Counted from the first letter of the stretch, positions 10,665 to 22,298 are shown. The stretch: DNA of 64,000 nucleotides from Syntrophales bacterium (GCA_040767195.1 JAXGPA010000002.1:288001-352000), one strand, 5' to 3'. A program made the numbers and translations. Notes: generated from the letters alone by a model not told the origin.

Positions 10665-11972
10665 TCAGCGTCTCTTGAGCATCCTCCCTTTTTTCAGGAA
10701 TCCCTCGTATTGACGGGTGAGAAGATGGGTTTCAATCTGCCCCGCCGTGTCAATGGCCACGCCCACGACAATGAGAAGCGCCGTGCCGCCGAAGAAAAAA
10801 GGCACATTGAATTTTGCGATGAGGATGCTCGGCAGGACACACACGGCGGACACATAAAGGGCTCCGCTGAAGGTCAGCCGGGTCAGAATCCGGTCGATGT
10901 ACTCAGCCGTCTTTCGGCCCGGCCGAATACCCGGCACGTATCCTCCGTATTTCTTCATGTTGTCGGCAACGTCCACGGGATTGAACTGGACGGCCGTGTA
11001 AAAATAACAGAAAAAAATGATGAAGGCCACATACAGGAGTTCGTAAACAAACCGGCCCGGCATGAGATACTCCGCCGCCGACTTCATCCAGGGGTGGGGC
11101 ACGAAGTTCGCTATGGTCGCCGGGAACATGATGATGGAAGAGGCGAAAATGGGCGGAATGACGCCCGCCGTATTCACCTTCAGGGGCAGGTGGGTCGTCT
11201 GGCCTCCGTAGAGCTTACGTCCCACCACCCGTTTCGCGTATTGCACGGGAATTCTCCGCTGGCCGCTTTCAACGAAGACGATGAACCCGACCACGGCAAT
11301 CATGAAAGCGACGAGAAAAACGGCGAAAAATATGCCCATTTCCCCGGTAGACACGAGACGGAGCGTGTTGTAAACCGCGCTCGGTCCCCGGCAGACGATG
11401 CCGGCGAAAATGATGAGAGAGATCCCGTTTCCGATACCCTTGTCGGTGATCTGCTCTCCGAGCCACATGATGAATGCGGTCCCCGCCGTCAGGGTGATGA
11501 CTGTCATGAGACGAAAGGACCAGCCGGGATCGATGACGATGGAGGCGCCCGTGGGTCCCGCCATGTTCTCGAGCCCGACGGCGATCCCGAACCCCTGGAT
11601 GAGGCTCAAAAGAACCGTACCGTACCGGGTGTACTGCGTAATTTTCCTTCGCCCCGCGTCGCCCTCTTTCTTGAGGTTCTCCAGGTGGGGGACGACCACC
11701 GTCAAGAGTTGGAGGATGATGGACGCGCTGATGTAAGGCATGATGCCCAGCGCGAACACCGACAGGTTGCTCAGGGCCCCGCCGGCGAACATGTCGAAAA
11801 GCCCCAGAAGAGACCCTCTGGCCTGGTCGAAAAACGCCGCCAGGGCCGCCGTGTCGATCCCCGGCGTGGGGACGTGGGCGCCGATGCGGTAGATGAGCAG
11901 GAAAAGAAGGGTATAAAGAATCCTCTTCTGAAGTTCGGGAACCTTGGATATGTTGCGAAATCCGCCGATCAC
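10665..11972 (-). CDS. secY: Preprotein translocase SecY
   Basis: ALGIMPYISASII, WLGEQIT.KGIGNGISLIIF, PGIRPG, GGTALLIVVGV. Confidence 0.98.
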   Translation of the reverse strand: MIGGFRNISKVPELQKRILYTLLFLLIYRIGAHVPTPGIDTAALAAFFDQARGSLLGLFDMFAGGALSNLSVFALGIMPYISASIILQLLTVVVPHLENLKKEGDAGRRKITQYTRYGTVLLSLIQGFGIAVGLENMAGPTGASIVIDPGWSFRLMTVITLTAGTAFIMWLGEQITDKGIGNGISLIIFAGIVCRGPSAVYNTLRLVSTGEMGIFFAVFLVAFMIAVVGFIVFVESGQRRIPVQYAKRVVGRKLYGGQTTHLPLKVNTAGVIPPIFASSIIMFPATIANFVPHPWMKSAAEYLMPGRFVYELLYVAFIIFFCYFYTAVQFNPVDVADNMKKYGGYVPGIRPGRKTAEYIDRILTRLTFSGALYVSAVCVLPSILIAKFNVPFFFGGTALLIVVGVAIDTAGQIETHLLTRQYEGFLKKGRMLKRR

Positions 11973-11973
11973 G

Positions 11974-12414
11974 TCAGATTACCTCGACCGTCCCGCCCGA
12001 TGCCTCGATTTTTTCGATCGCCGACCGGCTGGCCTTGTGGACCCGCACTGTCAGGGGATAGCCGATTTCCCCGCGACCGAGAAGCTTGATCCCGTCCCCC
12101 GGATTCTTGACGATTCCTCTTTTCAGAAGCGTCGCCGGATCAATGACGGTCCCTTCCGGGAACACTTTCAGCCGATCGATGTTCACGGCGGTATAGACCT
12201 TGCGAAAGGGGTTCCGGAAACCGCGCTTGGGAAGCCGCCTGGAAAGGGGCATCTGTCCGCCTTCAAAGCCCGGCTTCATCGATCCCCCGGAACGCGCTTT
12301 CTGCCCCTTGTGGCCCTTGCAGGAAGTGCCGCCATGTCCCGACCCTTCTCCCCGGCCCACTCTTTTCCTCTTTTTGCGAGAGCCTTCAGGCGCCTGCAGG
12401 CTGCTTAACTTCAT
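11974..12414 (-). CDS. rplO: 50S ribosomal protein L15
   Basis: [26 protein letters not shown]. Confidence 0.98.
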   Translation of the reverse strand: MKLSSLQAPEGSRKKRKRVGRGEGSGHGGTSCKGHKGQKARSGGSMKPGFEGGQMPLSRRLPKRGFRNPFRKVYTAVNIDRLKVFPEGTVIDPATLLKRGIVKNPGDGIKLLGRGEIGYPLTVRVHKASRSAIEKIEASGGTVEVI

Positions 12415-12426
12415 GATTCCCGCACC

Positions 12427-12618
12427 TCACTCTTCCGAAACGGAAACCAGGTGTATGACCTTGTTGATCATGCCCCGGACCTCTTTCGAGTCTTCCAGCA
12501 ACACCGTTTTATTGAGCCGCGTCAGGCCGAGCCCGGCGAGAACCCGCCTTTGTTTCTCCGGCCTGCCGATGACACTTCGAACCTGTTTTATTTTCAACTG
12601 TTTTGCCACGTCCGTCAT
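12427..12618 (-). CDS. rpmD: 50S ribosomal protein L30
   Basis: QVRSVIGR...LGL...RGMINKV.HLV; spc operon position. Confidence 0.95.
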   Translation of the reverse strand: MTDVAKQLKIKQVRSVIGRPEKQRRVLAGLGLTRLNKTVLLEDSKEVRGMINKVIHLVSVSEE

Positions 12619-12632
12619 CCTTCCCCCGCCGG

Positions 12633-13127
12633 CTACGCTTCCGCTGTGTCTCTGACCCGCAGCGTCTTTGACTCGTCGGCGCTTTTCAACTGCTTCAGAC
12701 CTTCGATGGTCGCCTTGACCAGGTTATGGGGGTTGTGGGAGCCGAGGCACTTGGTCAGGATATTCTGAACGCCCGCCACTTCGAGGACGGCGCGAACGGC
12801 TCCGCCGGCAATGAGGCCAGTCCCCTCGGAAGCCGGCTTCAAAAGAACTTTGCCCGCACCGAAATGGCCCACCACTTCGTGAGGAATCGTTCGATCGGCG
12901 ATGGCCACCCGGACCATGTTTTTCTTCGCTTTTTCCATGCCCTTTCGAATGGCTTCGGGAACTTCGTGGGCTTTCCCCAGCCCCGTCCCCACGGAACCGT
13001 TACCATCACCGACAACCACGATGGCGCTGAAGCGGAAACGCCTTCCGCCCTTCACGACCTTGGCCGTTCTCTTGATGGTGATGACCTTGTCCAAGTATTC
13101 TCGCTCTTCCATATTCCCTGTCCGCAT
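12633..13127 (-). CDS. rpsE: 30S ribosomal protein S5
   Basis: [27 protein letters not shown]. Confidence 0.98.
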   Translation of the reverse strand: MRTGNMEEREYLDKVITIKRTAKVVKGGRRFRFSAIVVVGDGNGSVGTGLGKAHEVPEAIRKGMEKAKKNMVRVAIADRTIPHEVVGHFGAGKVLLKPASEGTGLIAGGAVRAVLEVAGVQNILTKCLGSHNPHNLVKATIEGLKQLKSADESKTLRVRDTAEA

Positions 13128-13148
13128 CCCGCTTAGATGTCTGCTTTT

Positions 13149-13514
13149 TTAAAACCGAAGCCCGGCTTCGCGGGCCCCCTCCGCCAGGGCCTTGACGCGG
13201 CCGTGATAGAGAAAGGCGCCCCGGTCGAAAACGACGGCCTCAATGCCGCGGGAAAGAAGCTTCTGTGCGATGAGCTTTCCCACTTCCTTGGCCGCCGCGG
13301 CCTTTTTCAGCCCGCCGAGATTCCCTTGAAGTTCCTTGCTCAAGGTGGAGGCCGCCGCGATGGTCCGGCCCTTTTCATCCACCACGGCCTGGGCGTAAAT
13401 ATGCCTGGCACTTCTGAACACGGACAGCCGGGGCCTTTCCTCCGTACCGGTGAATTTTCCCCGCACCCGCTTTACCCGTTTCTCTCTGACCTTATGCAAT
13501 CGTTTCAGCGACAC
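13149..13514 (-). CDS. rplR: 50S ribosomal protein L18
   Basis: [15 protein letters not shown]...YHGRVKALA. Confidence 0.98.
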   Translation of the reverse strand: MSLKRLHKVREKRVKRVRGKFTGTEERPRLSVFRSARHIYAQAVVDEKGRTIAAASTLSKELQGNLGGLKKAAAAKEVGKLIAQKLLSRGIEAVVFDRGAFLYHGRVKALAEGAREAGLRF

Positions 13515-13548
13515 AGGTCTTTACCCCTTCATTTCTTATTCCGCTTGT

Positions 13549-14088
13549 CTACTTGCCGGCAGACTTTCCGACTTTTTTCCGCACCGTCTCCCCGGCATAA
13601 CGAATTCCCTTTCCCTTGTAAGGTTCGGGTTTCTTGTGCTTCCGGATTTCCGCGGCCACGCGGCCCACGAATTCCTTGTCGATCCCCGAGACAATCATGC
13701 TGGTCTGCTTTTCCACCCGCACGGATACACCGGAAGGCACCTGGTAAACCATGGGCGCCGAATATCCGAGAAACATTTTCAGGGAATTCTGATCAAGTTC
13801 GGCCCGGTAGCCGACACCGACGATGTCCAGCGTTTTTTCGAAGCCCTTCTCGACCCCGGTCACCATGTTGGCGATAAGCGTTCGCGTCAGTCCATGAAGG
13901 GACCGGTCTTTCCGGTTATCCGTCCGCCGCCGGACGACAACCTCGCTCTTGGAAATGTCGATGTCCAGCTCTTCCGGTACGGACCGGCTCAATGTTCCCT
14001 TGGGCCCCTTGACGGTAACCTCCCGCCCTGCCATCCTGACCTCGACCCCCGAAGGAACCGGGATGGGTTTTTTTCCTATTCGCGACAT
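13549..14088 (-). CDS. rplF: 50S ribosomal protein L6
   Basis: MSRIGKKPI, PEPYKGKGIRY. Confidence 0.98.
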   Translation of the reverse strand: MSRIGKKPIPVPSGVEVRMAGREVTVKGPKGTLSRSVPEELDIDISKSEVVVRRRTDNRKDRSLHGLTRTLIANMVTGVEKGFEKTLDIVGVGYRAELDQNSLKMFLGYSAPMVYQVPSGVSVRVEKQTSMIVSGIDKEFVGRVAAEIRKHKKPEPYKGKGIRYAGETVRKKVGKSAGK

Positions 14089-14130
14089 GAGAATTTCTCC
14101 CCTTTTATCCGTTCTCCCAGAGCGCTCCCG

Positions 14131-14535
14131 CTACCAGACGCTGCAGAGGATTTCACCGCCCACGTTAAGAGAACGGGCTTCTTCATCCGTCATGACCCCC
14201 CGCGAGGTGGAGAGGATGGCCGAGCCGAATCCGTTCAGCACCTTGGGAATCCGGTCACTTTTCACGTAGAGCCTTCTGCCGGGCTTGCTCACCCGCTGAA
14301 TGTCCGTCAAGACCCTCTCCCTTCCGTCCACATACCGAAGATAGATCCGGAGATGGGCGATCTTCCTGTCACCGCCCCGCTTGACCTCAAATCCGTTGAT
14401 ATATTTCATTTTCTTTAGATTTTTCGCAATTTCCAGGTTGATCCTGGAAAAGTTGACTTCCACGCTCTTGAATTTCCGGTGGTTCGCATTGCGAATTCTT
14501 GTCAGCATGTCAGCGATAGGATCGGTCATTCCCAT
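14131..14535 (-). CDS. rpsH: 30S ribosomal protein S8
   Basis: TDPIADMLTRIRNA, SKPGRR.Y, GGEILC.VW. Confidence 0.98.
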   Translation of the reverse strand: MGMTDPIADMLTRIRNANHRKFKSVEVNFSRINLEIAKNLKKMKYINGFEVKRGGDRKIAHLRIYLRYVDGRERVLTDIQRVSKPGRRLYVKSDRIPKVLNGFGSAILSTSRGVMTDEEARSLNVGGEILCSVW

Positions 14536-14547
14536 GGCGGTTCTCCT

Positions 14548-14733
14548 TTACCAGCTCGCCTTGATGACGCCGGGGATCTCCCCCTGAAGGGCAAGCTTTC
14601 TCAGACAAAGTCTGCACATGTCGAACTTTCGATAATAGGCCCTGGGCCTTCCGCACAGGGGGCAGCGGTTGTATTCCCTGACCGAGAATTTTTGCGGCCT
14701 TTTCGCTTTTGCCATCAGTGATTTCTTTGCCAC
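14548..14733 (-). CDS. rpsZ: 30S ribosomal protein S14, type Z
   Basis: 61 aa from [12 protein letters not shown]...CRLCLR zinc motif. Confidence 0.95.
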   Translation of the reverse strand: MAKKSLMAKAKRPQKFSVREYNRCPLCGRPRAYYRKFDMCRLCLRKLALQGEIPGVIKASW

Positions 14734-14760
14734 GCCTTTTCCTCCGGCACTCAACAGTTT

Positions 14761-15300
14761 CTAATTTCGAAAGGGAACGCCGAACAGTTTCAGCAGCTCC
14801 CTGGCCTCGTCGTCCGTCCCGGCCGTCGTCACAATGGTGATGTTCATTCCCCTGACCGCGTCGATCTTGTCGTAATCGATCTCGGGAAAGATGAACTGTT
14901 CCTTGATCCCCATGGAAAAATTCCCCCTCCCGTCGAAAGACCGGGGGGAGATGCCTCGAAAATCACGAATGCGGGGAATCGCCGCGTTGACGAGCCGGTC
15001 GAGGAACTCGTACATGCGATCGCTTCGAAGGGTCACCACGCAGCCGATGGACATGCCCTTCCGGAGCTTGAAGGTGGCGATGGATTTCTTCGCCTTGGTG
15101 ACGACCGGCTTCTGACCCACGATCATGGACAGATCCTTGGAAGCCGTCTCCAGAGACTTGATGTTCTGAATGGCCTCTCCCAGACCCATGTTGACCGTTA
15201 TCTTTTCGATCCTGGGAACTTCCATGATGTTCCGGTATCCGAACTTTTCCCGGAGAGCAGGAATCACGTCCTTTTTATAAAATTCTTTCAGTCTCGCCAT
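14761..15300 (-). CDS. rplE: 50S ribosomal protein L5
   Basis: [30 protein letters not shown]. Confidence 0.98.
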   Translation of the reverse strand: MARLKEFYKKDVIPALREKFGYRNIMEVPRIEKITVNMGLGEAIQNIKSLETASKDLSMIVGQKPVVTKAKKSIATFKLRKGMSIGCVVTLRSDRMYEFLDRLVNAAIPRIRDFRGISPRSFDGRGNFSMGIKEQFIFPEIDYDKIDAVRGMNITIVTTAGTDDEARELLKLFGVPFRN

Positions 15301-15319
15301 TGCTATTATCCCCGGTATT

Positions 15320-15631
15320 TTAAGAATCCATGGTCTCGTTGCATTTCTTGCAGAACCGGACCTTTTCGCCGTCTTCCAGAACCTTGAAACCCGTCCGGGC
15401 GCCGGAATTGCATTTGCTGCAGAAAAGCGTAACGTTGGAGAGGTGGATGGACCCTTCCTTCTCAACGATCCCGCCCTTCCCCTTGGCGTCAGGCCTCTGG
15501 TGCTTCTTGATGAGGTTCAGCTTTTCAACGACAACGCGGTTCTTTTTTTTCAGGATGTTCAGAACTTTTCCGGTTTTTCCCTTCTCCTTGCCCGTCAAGA
15601 CCTGAACAATGTCGCCTTTCTTGATTCCCAT
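15320..15631 (-). CDS. rplX: 50S ribosomal protein L24
   Basis: [20 protein letters not shown] motif, EGSIHLSNV. Confidence 0.97.
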   Translation of the reverse strand: MGIKKGDIVQVLTGKEKGKTGKVLNILKKKNRVVVEKLNLIKKHQRPDAKGKGGIVEKEGSIHLSNVTLFCSKCNSGARTGFKVLEDGEKVRFCKKCNETMDS

Positions 15632-15650
15632 GACGTACCTCTTCGCTTCC

Positions 15651-16019
15651 TCAAATGACTTCCGGTGCCAGGGACACGATCTTCATGAACTGTCTCGCCC
15701 GGAGTTCCCTGGCGACGGGGCCGAATATCCGTGTGCCTATGGGCTCCATCTGCTCGGTGATCAGGACCGCCGCGTTCTCGTCGAACTTGAGGTAGGAACC
15801 GTCTTCCCGGCCAACTTCCTTCTTCGTTCTCACGACGACCGCCTTCAGGACGTCGCCCTTTTTCACTTTCGCGTGCGGGATCGCTTCCTTGACGGAAACG
15901 ACGATCACATCGCCCACCGTGGCGTACCGCCGCCGCGTTCCACCAAGAACCCGGATGCAGAATACCCGTTTCGCCCCGGAGTTGTCCGCTACATTGAGCA
16001 TGGTCTGCGTCTGTATCAT
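15651..16019 (-). CDS. rplN: 50S ribosomal protein L14
   Basis: [29 protein letters not shown]. Confidence 0.98.
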   Translation of the reverse strand: MIQTQTMLNVADNSGAKRVFCIRVLGGTRRRYATVGDVIVVSVKEAIPHAKVKKGDVLKAVVVRTKKEVGREDGSYLKFDENAAVLITEQMEPIGTRIFGPVARELRARQFMKIVSLAPEVI

Positions 16020-16068
16020 TGGTCAGTCACCCCGTACAGGAGATCGGGAGGATACCCTGCCATCCCTG

Positions 16069-16326
16069 TTACTTTGCCCTCTCAAGAATTTCCCGAACCC
16101 GCCATCTCTTTTCGCGACTGAGCGGCCGCGATTCGACAATGAGCACACGATCGCCCACGTGGCAGGCGTTATCCTCGTCGTGGGCCTTGTATTTCTTCTG
16201 GAGTCTCACGTACTTCTGAAATACCCGGTGTTTCACCAGCCGTTCGGTCCGAACGACCACCGTCTTGTCCATCTTGTCGCTGATGACGACTCCCTGAATG
16301 GTTCTCTTGCTTCCCCGCTGATCCAT
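16069..16326 (-). CDS. rpsQ: 30S ribosomal protein S17
   Basis: [20 protein letters not shown]. Confidence 0.98.
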   Translation of the reverse strand: MDQRGSKRTIQGVVISDKMDKTVVVRTERLVKHRVFQKYVRLQKKYKAHDEDNACHVGDRVLIVESRPLSREKRWRVREILERAK

Positions 16327-16329
16327 GGC

Positions 16330-16524
16330 TTACTCCTTATCCTTCCTCTCCCCGAGAACCGTTTTCACACGGGCGATATCCTTGCGGATATTGTTCAACG
16401 CGGCGGGAGAATCGAGTTTCGAAACGCCATGCCTCAGCCGGAGCTTGAAGAGTTCTTCCCGCAGCGACTCTTCCTTACCCTTCAGTTCGTCGAGACTCAG
16501 GTCCCGTATCTCGCTAATCTTCAT
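16330..16524 (-). CDS. rpmC: 50S ribosomal protein L29
   Basis: MKISEIR...ELFKLR...[10 protein letters not shown]. Confidence 0.95.
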   Translation of the reverse strand: MKISEIRDLSLDELKGKEESLREELFKLRLRHGVSKLDSPAALNNIRKDIARVKTVLGERKDKE

Positions 16525-16936
16525 CGAATATCTCCCTGGTGAGGAACTTTGTCGCAACGGGAAGCTTGTGGGACGCCAGGCGGAAGGCCTCTCGGGCCAC
16601 ATCCTTGGGAACGCCTTCGATCTCGTAAAGCACCCGGCCCGGTTTCACAACGGCCACCCACTCTTCCGGGGACCCTTTTCCCTTACCCATGCGGGTTTCC
16701 GCCGGTTTTTTCGTCAGAGACTTGTGGGGAAAAATCCGGATCCAGATTTTACCGCCCCTTTTCACGTGCCGTGTCATGGCGATACGGGCGGACTCGATCT
16801 GCCGGGCCGTGACGAACCCGCACTCGGTGGCCTGCAGGCCGTAGGCGCCGAAGTCAATCTTGTCACCGCCCTTACACTTCCCCGACATCCGGCCTTTTTG
16901 AATTTTCCTGTATTTTACCCTCTTGGGAGCCAGCAT
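16514..16936 (-). CDS. rplP: 50S ribosomal protein L16
   Basis: [20 protein letters not shown]. Confidence 0.98.
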   Translation of the reverse strand: MLAPKRVKYRKIQKGRMSGKCKGGDKIDFGAYGLQATECGFVTARQIESARIAMTRHVKRGGKIWIRIFPHKSLTKKPAETRMGKGKGSPEEWVAVVKPGRVLYEIEGVPKDVAREAFRLASHKLPVATKFLTREIFDED

Positions 16937-16957
16937 GGTTCTTTAACCCTCGTATTA

Positions 16958-17605
16958 TTACTGAACAGCCTTCTTTTTTTCCGGCAGGACTTCGCCGTGG
17001 AAGATGAACACCTTGACCCCGATGATGCCGTAGGTGGTCTTCGCCTCGGTGAATCCGTAGTCGATATCGGCCCTCAGGGTGTGGAGGGGTACCCGCCCCT
17101 CACGATACCACTCGCATCGGGCCATCTCGGCGCCACCGAGGCGTCCCGAACAGATAACCCGGATGCCCTGGGCGCCGAAACGGAGGGCTGATGTGACCGC
17201 CCGTTTCATGGCCCGGCGAAAGGCGACGCGGCGGACGAGCTGCAGGGCCACGTTCTCGGCCACCAACTGGGCGTCCACTTCCGGTTTTCGAACTTCAAGA
17301 ATGTTGATGATCACTTCCCCCGTCATCATCTTTTCGAGTTCACTTTTCAGCTTCTCGATTTCCGACCCTTTCCGGCCGATGATGATTCCCGGGCGCGCCG
17401 CGTGAATGCCGATCTTGGCCTTGTCCGCGGCCCTCTCGATCTCTACCTTCGAAATCCCGGCGTGAAAAAACTTGTCCTTGAGAAACTTCTTGATCTTCAG
17501 GTCCTCATGGAGCAGATTGCTGTAGCTTCGCTCCGAAAACCATCTCGAGTCCCAAGTCTTAATGACGCCGAGTCGAAAACCGACGGGATTGACCTTCTGC
17601 CCCAA
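16958..17605 (-). CDS. rpsC: 30S ribosomal protein S3
   Basis: [25 protein letters not shown]. Confidence 0.98.
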   Translation of the reverse strand: MGQKVNPVGFRLGVIKTWDSRWFSERSYSNLLHEDLKIKKFLKDKFFHAGISKVEIERAADKAKIGIHAARPGIIIGRKGSEIEKLKSELEKMMTGEVIINILEVRKPEVDAQLVAENVALQLVRRVAFRRAMKRAVTSALRFGAQGIRVICSGRLGGAEMARCEWYREGRVPLHTLRADIDYGFTEAKTTYGIIGVKVFIFHGEVLPEKKKAVQ

Positions 17606-17624
17606 GCTCCACCTCCTCCGTGTC

Positions 17625-17957
17625 TCACTGCTCGTCGAGAACGACCGTGATGTGGCTCGTCCTCTTCTTGATGGGCGCCACTCTTCCCTGGGCCCTGGCG
17701 CGCCACCGTTTCAACGTCGGACCCTGGTCCACGAATACTTTTTTGACGAAAAGAATGTTTTCGTCGATGCCGGGATTCTGGGAGGCGTTGGCCACGGCCG
17801 ATTTGAGAACCTTCCCGATGATTCCGGCGGCTTTTTTCTGCGTAAAGGTCAGGATTCTCGTCGCGTCCTCAACCTTTTTCCCCCGGATCAGGTCGGCAAC
17901 GAGCCGTGCCTTCTGGGGCGAGATCCGAATATATTTCCCCTGCGCCTTTGCTTCCAT
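17625..17957 (-). CDS. rplV: 50S ribosomal protein L22
   Basis: [22 protein letters not shown]...KRTSHITV. Confidence 0.97.
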   Translation of the reverse strand: MEAKAQGKYIRISPQKARLVADLIRGKKVEDATRILTFTQKKAAGIIGKVLKSAVANASQNPGIDENILFVKKVFVDQGPTLKRWRARAQGRVAPIKKRTSHITVVLDEQ

Positions 17958-17973
17958 AAATGCCTGCCTTAAC

Positions 17974-18261
17974 TTACTTTCGTCCCTTGATCTTGGATTT
18001 CCGATCGGCGGCGTGGCCGTAAAAGGTCCGGGTCGGCGCGAATTCGCCGAGTTTATGACCCACCATATTTTCCGTGACGAACACGGGAATGAATTTCTTT
18101 CCGTTGTGCACGGCAAAGGTGTGACCGATGAAATCGGGGAGGATGGTCGATCTCCGTGACCATGTCCGGATCACGTTCCGGCTTCCCGATTCCTCGCTCC
18201 TTTTTACCTTGACAAGCAGATGCTCATCGACGAAGGGACCTTTTTTAATCGATCGTGCCAC
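17974..18261 (-). CDS. rpsS: 30S ribosomal protein S19
   Basis: [23 protein letters not shown]. Confidence 0.98.
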   Translation of the reverse strand: MARSIKKGPFVDEHLLVKVKRSEESGSRNVIRTWSRRSTILPDFIGHTFAVHNGKKFIPVFVTENMVGHKLGEFAPTRTFYGHAADRKSKIKGRK

Positions 18262-18264
18262 GGT

Positions 18265-19086
18265 TTAACCTCTTCTCTTGACGATATACTTGTCCGAAGT
18301 TCTGTTTCTCCTCGTTTTGTATCCTTTCGTCGGCTTGCCCCAGGGCGTGCACGGGTGCCGTCCGCCGGAGGATTTCCCTTCGCCGCCCCCCATGGGGTGG
18401 TCTATGGGGTTCATGACGACCCCACGGACAATGGGACGGCGCCCCGCCCAGCGGGTCCGGCCGGCCTTGCCGACGCTGACATTCTCGTGCTCGATGTTTC
18501 CCACCTGCCCGATGGTGGCCTTGCAGGCCATGAGGATCTTCCGCACCTCGCCCGAGGGAAGGCGGACCTGGGCGTAGTCGTCCTCTTTGGCCATGAGCTG
18601 GCCGTAAGCGCCGGCGCTGCGGATAATCTGCCCGCCTTTGCCGATCCGAAGTTCCACGTTGTGAATCAGGGACCCCAGGGGGATGTTCTTGAGCGGCAGG
18701 GTGTTTCCGGGACGGATTTCCACCTTCTCACCGCTCATGACGGTGTGCCCCACCTCGAGACCCACCGGGGCCAGGATGTACCGTTTCTCACCGTCGGCGT
18801 AGTGAAGGAGGGCGATCCGGGCGGAACGGTTCGGGTCGTATTCGATGGTGGCCACCTTCGCCGGGATGTCTGTCTTTTCCCGCCGGAAGTCGATGACCCG
18901 GTATTTTCTCTTGTGTCCCCCCCCGATGTGCCAGGAGGTGATCCGGCCGCGGTTGTTCCGGCCTCCCGTTTTTTTGAGCGGCCGAAGAAGACTCTTCTCC
19001 GGGGTGGTGGACGTGACCTCCTCGAAGGTCATCCCCGTCTGAAAGCGCCTTCCGGGGGATGTGGGTTTATAGGATTTTATGGCCAT
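18265..19086 (-). CDS. rplB: 50S ribosomal protein L2
   Basis: [24 protein letters not shown]. Confidence 0.98.
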   Translation of the reverse strand: MAIKSYKPTSPGRRFQTGMTFEEVTSTTPEKSLLRPLKKTGGRNNRGRITSWHIGGGHKRKYRVIDFRREKTDIPAKVATIEYDPNRSARIALLHYADGEKRYILAPVGLEVGHTVMSGEKVEIRPGNTLPLKNIPLGSLIHNVELRIGKGGQIIRSAGAYGQLMAKEDDYAQVRLPSGEVRKILMACKATIGQVGNIEHENVSVGKAGRTRWAGRRPIVRGVVMNPIDHPMGGGEGKSSGGRHPCTPWGKPTKGYKTRRNRTSDKYIVKRRG

Positions 19087-19112
19087 GACCTTTTTCCTTT
19101 ACCAGATGACTT

Positions 19113-19400
19113 TCAGACTTCACTGAAAATATCGATGGTGTCGCCCGGTGCCAGTTTCACCGTGGCTTTCTTCCAGTTTCTTCGCCTGCCCATGGTCCGG
19201 CCCATGCGCTTCTTTTTTCCCTGCATGTTTACCGTTCGCACGGACAGGACCTTCACCTTGAACAGTTTCTCGACGGCGTTCTGAATCTCGATCTTCGTCG
19301 AACCCGGCGCCACCTCGAAAACATACTGGTTGCTCTGTTCCCGGGAAATCGTCGATTTCTCCGTCAAAAGCGGCCTTCGGATGATCGAATAGAGCTCCAT
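19113..19400 (-). CDS. rplW: 50S ribosomal protein L23
   Basis: PLLTEKS, WKKA.VKL. Confidence 0.97.
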   Translation of the reverse strand: MELYSIIRRPLLTEKSTISREQSNQYVFEVAPGSTKIEIQNAVEKLFKVKVLSVRTVNMQGKKKRMGRTMGRRRNWKKATVKLAPGDTIDIFSEV

Positions 19401-19401
19401 T

Positions 19402-20022
19402 TTACGTCAACGCCCTTTCTATAAGTTTTACGGAAGGTTCCATCAGCACGAGATTTCTGTATTTCATGAGGTCGAACACGTTGATTCCCTCGGAGCGCAT
19501 CATTTTTACATCCTTGATGTTCCTGGATGACTTTTCGAGAATCTCGTTCTTCTTATCCAGGACAATGAGGGCGCTCTTCAACTCAAAGCGGTTCAGGATC
19601 TCCTGGAAATGTTTCGTCTTGATTTCCACCATGGGAATGTCCCGTAGAACCAGGATTTCCTCGTTTTTCATCTTCAGGCTGAGAGCTGACCGAAGGGCCG
19701 CCCGGCGCACCTTTTTAGGCACATTGTAGGAATAGTCCCGCGGCCTGGGCCCGAAAACGACGCCACCCTTGCGCCAGATAGGAGACCGGGTTCGCCCGGC
19801 CCGGGCCCGGCCCGTTCCCTTCTGCCGCCAGGGCTTTCGACCACTGCCACTCACCTCGCTCCGCGTCTTCGTCGATGCCGTTCCCTGCCGCCGGTTGGCG
19901 AGCTGCATCTTCACGACCTCATAGATGACGCCGTCATTCACCGGGACAGCGAAAACCCCGTCGCTGACCTCGATTTCAGACACCTCGTTCTTTTCCACAT
20001 CGTAAACTTTTAGCAGAGCCAT
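19402..20022 (-). CDS. rplD: 50S ribosomal protein L4
   Basis: [24 protein letters not shown]. Confidence 0.98.
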   Translation of the reverse strand: MALLKVYDVEKNEVSEIEVSDGVFAVPVNDGVIYEVVKMQLANRRQGTASTKTRSEVSGSGRKPWRQKGTGRARAGRTRSPIWRKGGVVFGPRPRDYSYNVPKKVRRAALRSALSLKMKNEEILVLRDIPMVEIKTKHFQEILNRFELKSALIVLDKKNEILEKSSRNIKDVKMMRSEGINVFDLMKYRNLVLMEPSVKLIERALT

Positions 20023-20051
20023 GGTTCTTTACCGCGTTCCTGGTTGTATGT

Positions 20052-20681
20052 TTATTTCTTTATTGATTCCCGCACCATGACGATCCCGTTTCGATGCCCG
20101 GGAACGGCTCCGTGGACAATGAGAAGGTTCCGTTCCGGCTGGACCCCGAGAACCATGAGATTTTGAACGGTCTTTCGCTCGTTTCCCATGCGGCCGGGCA
20201 GTCGCGTCCCCTTGAACACCCGTGACGGGTAAGCGCTGGCACCGATGGAACCGGGGGCCCGATGAAACATGGACCCGTGGGACGCCCGGCCTCCATGAAA
20301 ACCGTGGCGCTTGACGACGCCTGCGAACCCGCGGCCCTTCGTGGTTCCGATGACATCGACGTACTCGCCGATCTCGAAGATGTCGCTTCTCAATTCCTGG
20401 CCGATCTCGAAACCCTGTGGCTCGTCCACGGGGAATTCCCGGAGCACCCGGAAGTACCCCTGGCCGGCTTTCTTCATGTGACCCCGCCTCGGTTTCGTCA
20501 CCCGCTTTTCCTTTGCCGGCTCGAACCCGATCTGGATAGCGTTGTAACCGTCCTTCTCCCTTGTCTTCCTCTGAATGACAAAGCAGGGGCCGGCCTCGAT
20601 GACCGTCACCGGTATCCGCGATCCGTCCTCCCAGAAGAGCTGGGTCATTCCCAATTTTCTGCCGATTAAGCCTTTATCCAT
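20052..20681 (-). CDS. rplC: 50S ribosomal protein L3
   Basis: KLGMTQ, KGRGFAGVVKR, HRAPGSIG. Confidence 0.98.
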   Translation of the reverse strand: MDKGLIGRKLGMTQLFWEDGSRIPVTVIEAGPCFVIQRKTREKDGYNAIQIGFEPAKEKRVTKPRRGHMKKAGQGYFRVLREFPVDEPQGFEIGQELRSDIFEIGEYVDVIGTTKGRGFAGVVKRHGFHGGRASHGSMFHRAPGSIGASAYPSRVFKGTRLPGRMGNERKTVQNLMVLGVQPERNLLIVHGAVPGHRNGIVMVRESIKK

Positions 20682-20714
20682 TGTTCACGCAATCTCTTCA
20701 GGCGTTTTAGAACC

Positions 20715-20757
20715 AAAAAAGAGGAGATGGATATTTTGACAAATCCTCCATCTCCCC
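20715..20757 (-). terminator. Terminator/attenuator-like hairpin between rpsJ and rplC
   Basis: Minus strand GGAGATGGA-15 nt-TCCATCTCC followed by TC and T6. Confidence 0.6.
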
Positions 20758-20771
20758 GTAAACGAGCCGCT

Positions 20772-21080
20772 TTATAACTTGATCTCTACATCTACCCCTG
20801 CGGATAAATCCAGCTTCATCAAGGTGTCAATGGTCGCCTGGGTCGGTTCGATTATGTCGACGATTCGCTTGTGGGTTCGGATCTCAAACTGCTCCCGTGA
20901 CTTCTTGTCCACATGGGGCGACCGGTTGACGCAATAGCGATTGATTCTCGTGGGGAGCGGGATGGGCCCCGCCACCCGGGCACCGGTGCGCCGCGCCGTT
21001 TCTACGATATCCTGGGCCGATCTGTCAAGGAGCTTGTGATCGTAAGCTTTGAGCCTGATGCGAATCTTCTGGTTTTCCAT
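20772..21080 (-). CDS. rpsJ: 30S ribosomal protein S10
   Basis: [29 protein letters not shown]. Confidence 0.98.
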   Translation of the reverse strand: MENQKIRIRLKAYDHKLLDRSAQDIVETARRTGARVAGPIPLPTRINRYCVNRSPHVDKKSREQFEIRTHKRIVDIIEPTQATIDTLMKLDLSAGVDVEIKL

Positions 21081-21104
21081 CTGCCTATCTACCTGAAACC
21101 GTCA

Positions 21105-22298
21105 CTATTCAATAATCTGACTGACCACGCCGGCGCCGACGGTCCTGCCGCCTTCGCGGATGGCGAACCGGAGCTGCTCTTCCATGGCGATGGGGGTGAT
21201 GAGATCGATGCTCATCTCCAGATTGTCGCCGGGCATGACCATTTCAATGCCCTCGGGAAGCGTCGCGACGCCGGTCACGTCGGTTGTCCTGAAATAAAAC
21301 TGGGGGCGGTAACCGGAAAAGAACGGGGTGTGCCGGCCGCCTTCTTCCTTGGTCAGGACGTAGACCTGTGCCCTGAATTTCGTGTGGGGCGTGATGGACC
21401 CCGGCTTGGCCACGACCTGGCCGCGCTCCACTTCGTCGCGCTTCGTGCCCCGGAGGAGGACGCCGATGTCATCACCCGCCCGCCCCTCGTCGAGGGTCTT
21501 GCGGAACATTTCCACACCGGTGCAGACCGTCTTGAACGTCGGCCGGATTCCGACGACTTCCACTTCCTCGCCGACCTTGATGATACCCCGGTCCACCCGT
21601 CCCGTCACCACGGTGCCGCGGCCGGAGATGGTGAACACGTCGCCGATGGGCATGAGGAAGGGCTTGTCCAGGTCCCGGGCCGGTTCCGGTACGTAATTGT
21701 CCACGGCGTCCATGAGTTCCCAGATGCTCTTGGCGTCTTCCGAGTCGGGGTCATCCGTTTCCAGGGCCTTCAGGGCCGACCCCCGGATGATGGGAATCTC
21801 GTCGCCGGGGAAATTGTACTGGGTCAGGAGTTCCCGGAGTTCCAGCTCGACCAGGTCGAGCAGCTCGGGATCGTCCACAAGATCCACCTTGTTCATATAT
21901 ACGACGATGTAGGGAACCTGAACCTGACGGGCAAGAAGGATGTGCTCCCGGGTCTGGGGCATGGGACCGTCGGAGGCGGCGACGACGAGGATCGTTCCAT
22001 CCATATGAGCGGCGCCTGAAATCATGTTCTTTATGTAGTCCGCATGGCCGGGGCAGTCGACATGGGCATAGTGTCTCTTTTTTGTCTCGTACTCCACGTG
22101 GGCGATATTGATGGTCACGCCGCGCTCCTTCTCTTCCGGAGCGTTGTCGATCTGATCGAAAGCCTTGTACTCGGCGAGACCCCTTTTCGCCAGATGCTTC
22201 GTGATGGCGGCCGTGAGGGTCGTCTTCCCGTGATCGACGTGCCCGATGGTCCCGATATTCAGATGGGGCTTCGTCCTTTCAAATTTTTTCTTGGCCAT
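21105..22298 (-). CDS. tuf: Elongation factor Tu
   Basis: [35 protein letters not shown]. Confidence 0.99.
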   Translation of the reverse strand: MAKKKFERTKPHLNIGTIGHVDHGKTTLTAAITKHLAKRGLAEYKAFDQIDNAPEEKERGVTINIAHVEYETKKRHYAHVDCPGHADYIKNMISGAAHMDGTILVVAASDGPMPQTREHILLARQVQVPYIVVYMNKVDLVDDPELLDLVELELRELLTQYNFPGDEIPIIRGSALKALETDDPDSEDAKSIWELMDAVDNYVPEPARDLDKPFLMPIGDVFTISGRGTVVTGRVDRGIIKVGEEVEVVGIRPTFKTVCTGVEMFRKTLDEGRAGDDIGVLLRGTKRDEVERGQVVAKPGSITPHTKFRAQVYVLTKEEGGRHTPFFSGYRPQFYFRTTDVTGVATLPEGIEMVMPGDNLEMSIDLITPIAMEEQLRFAIREGGRTVGAGVVSQIIE

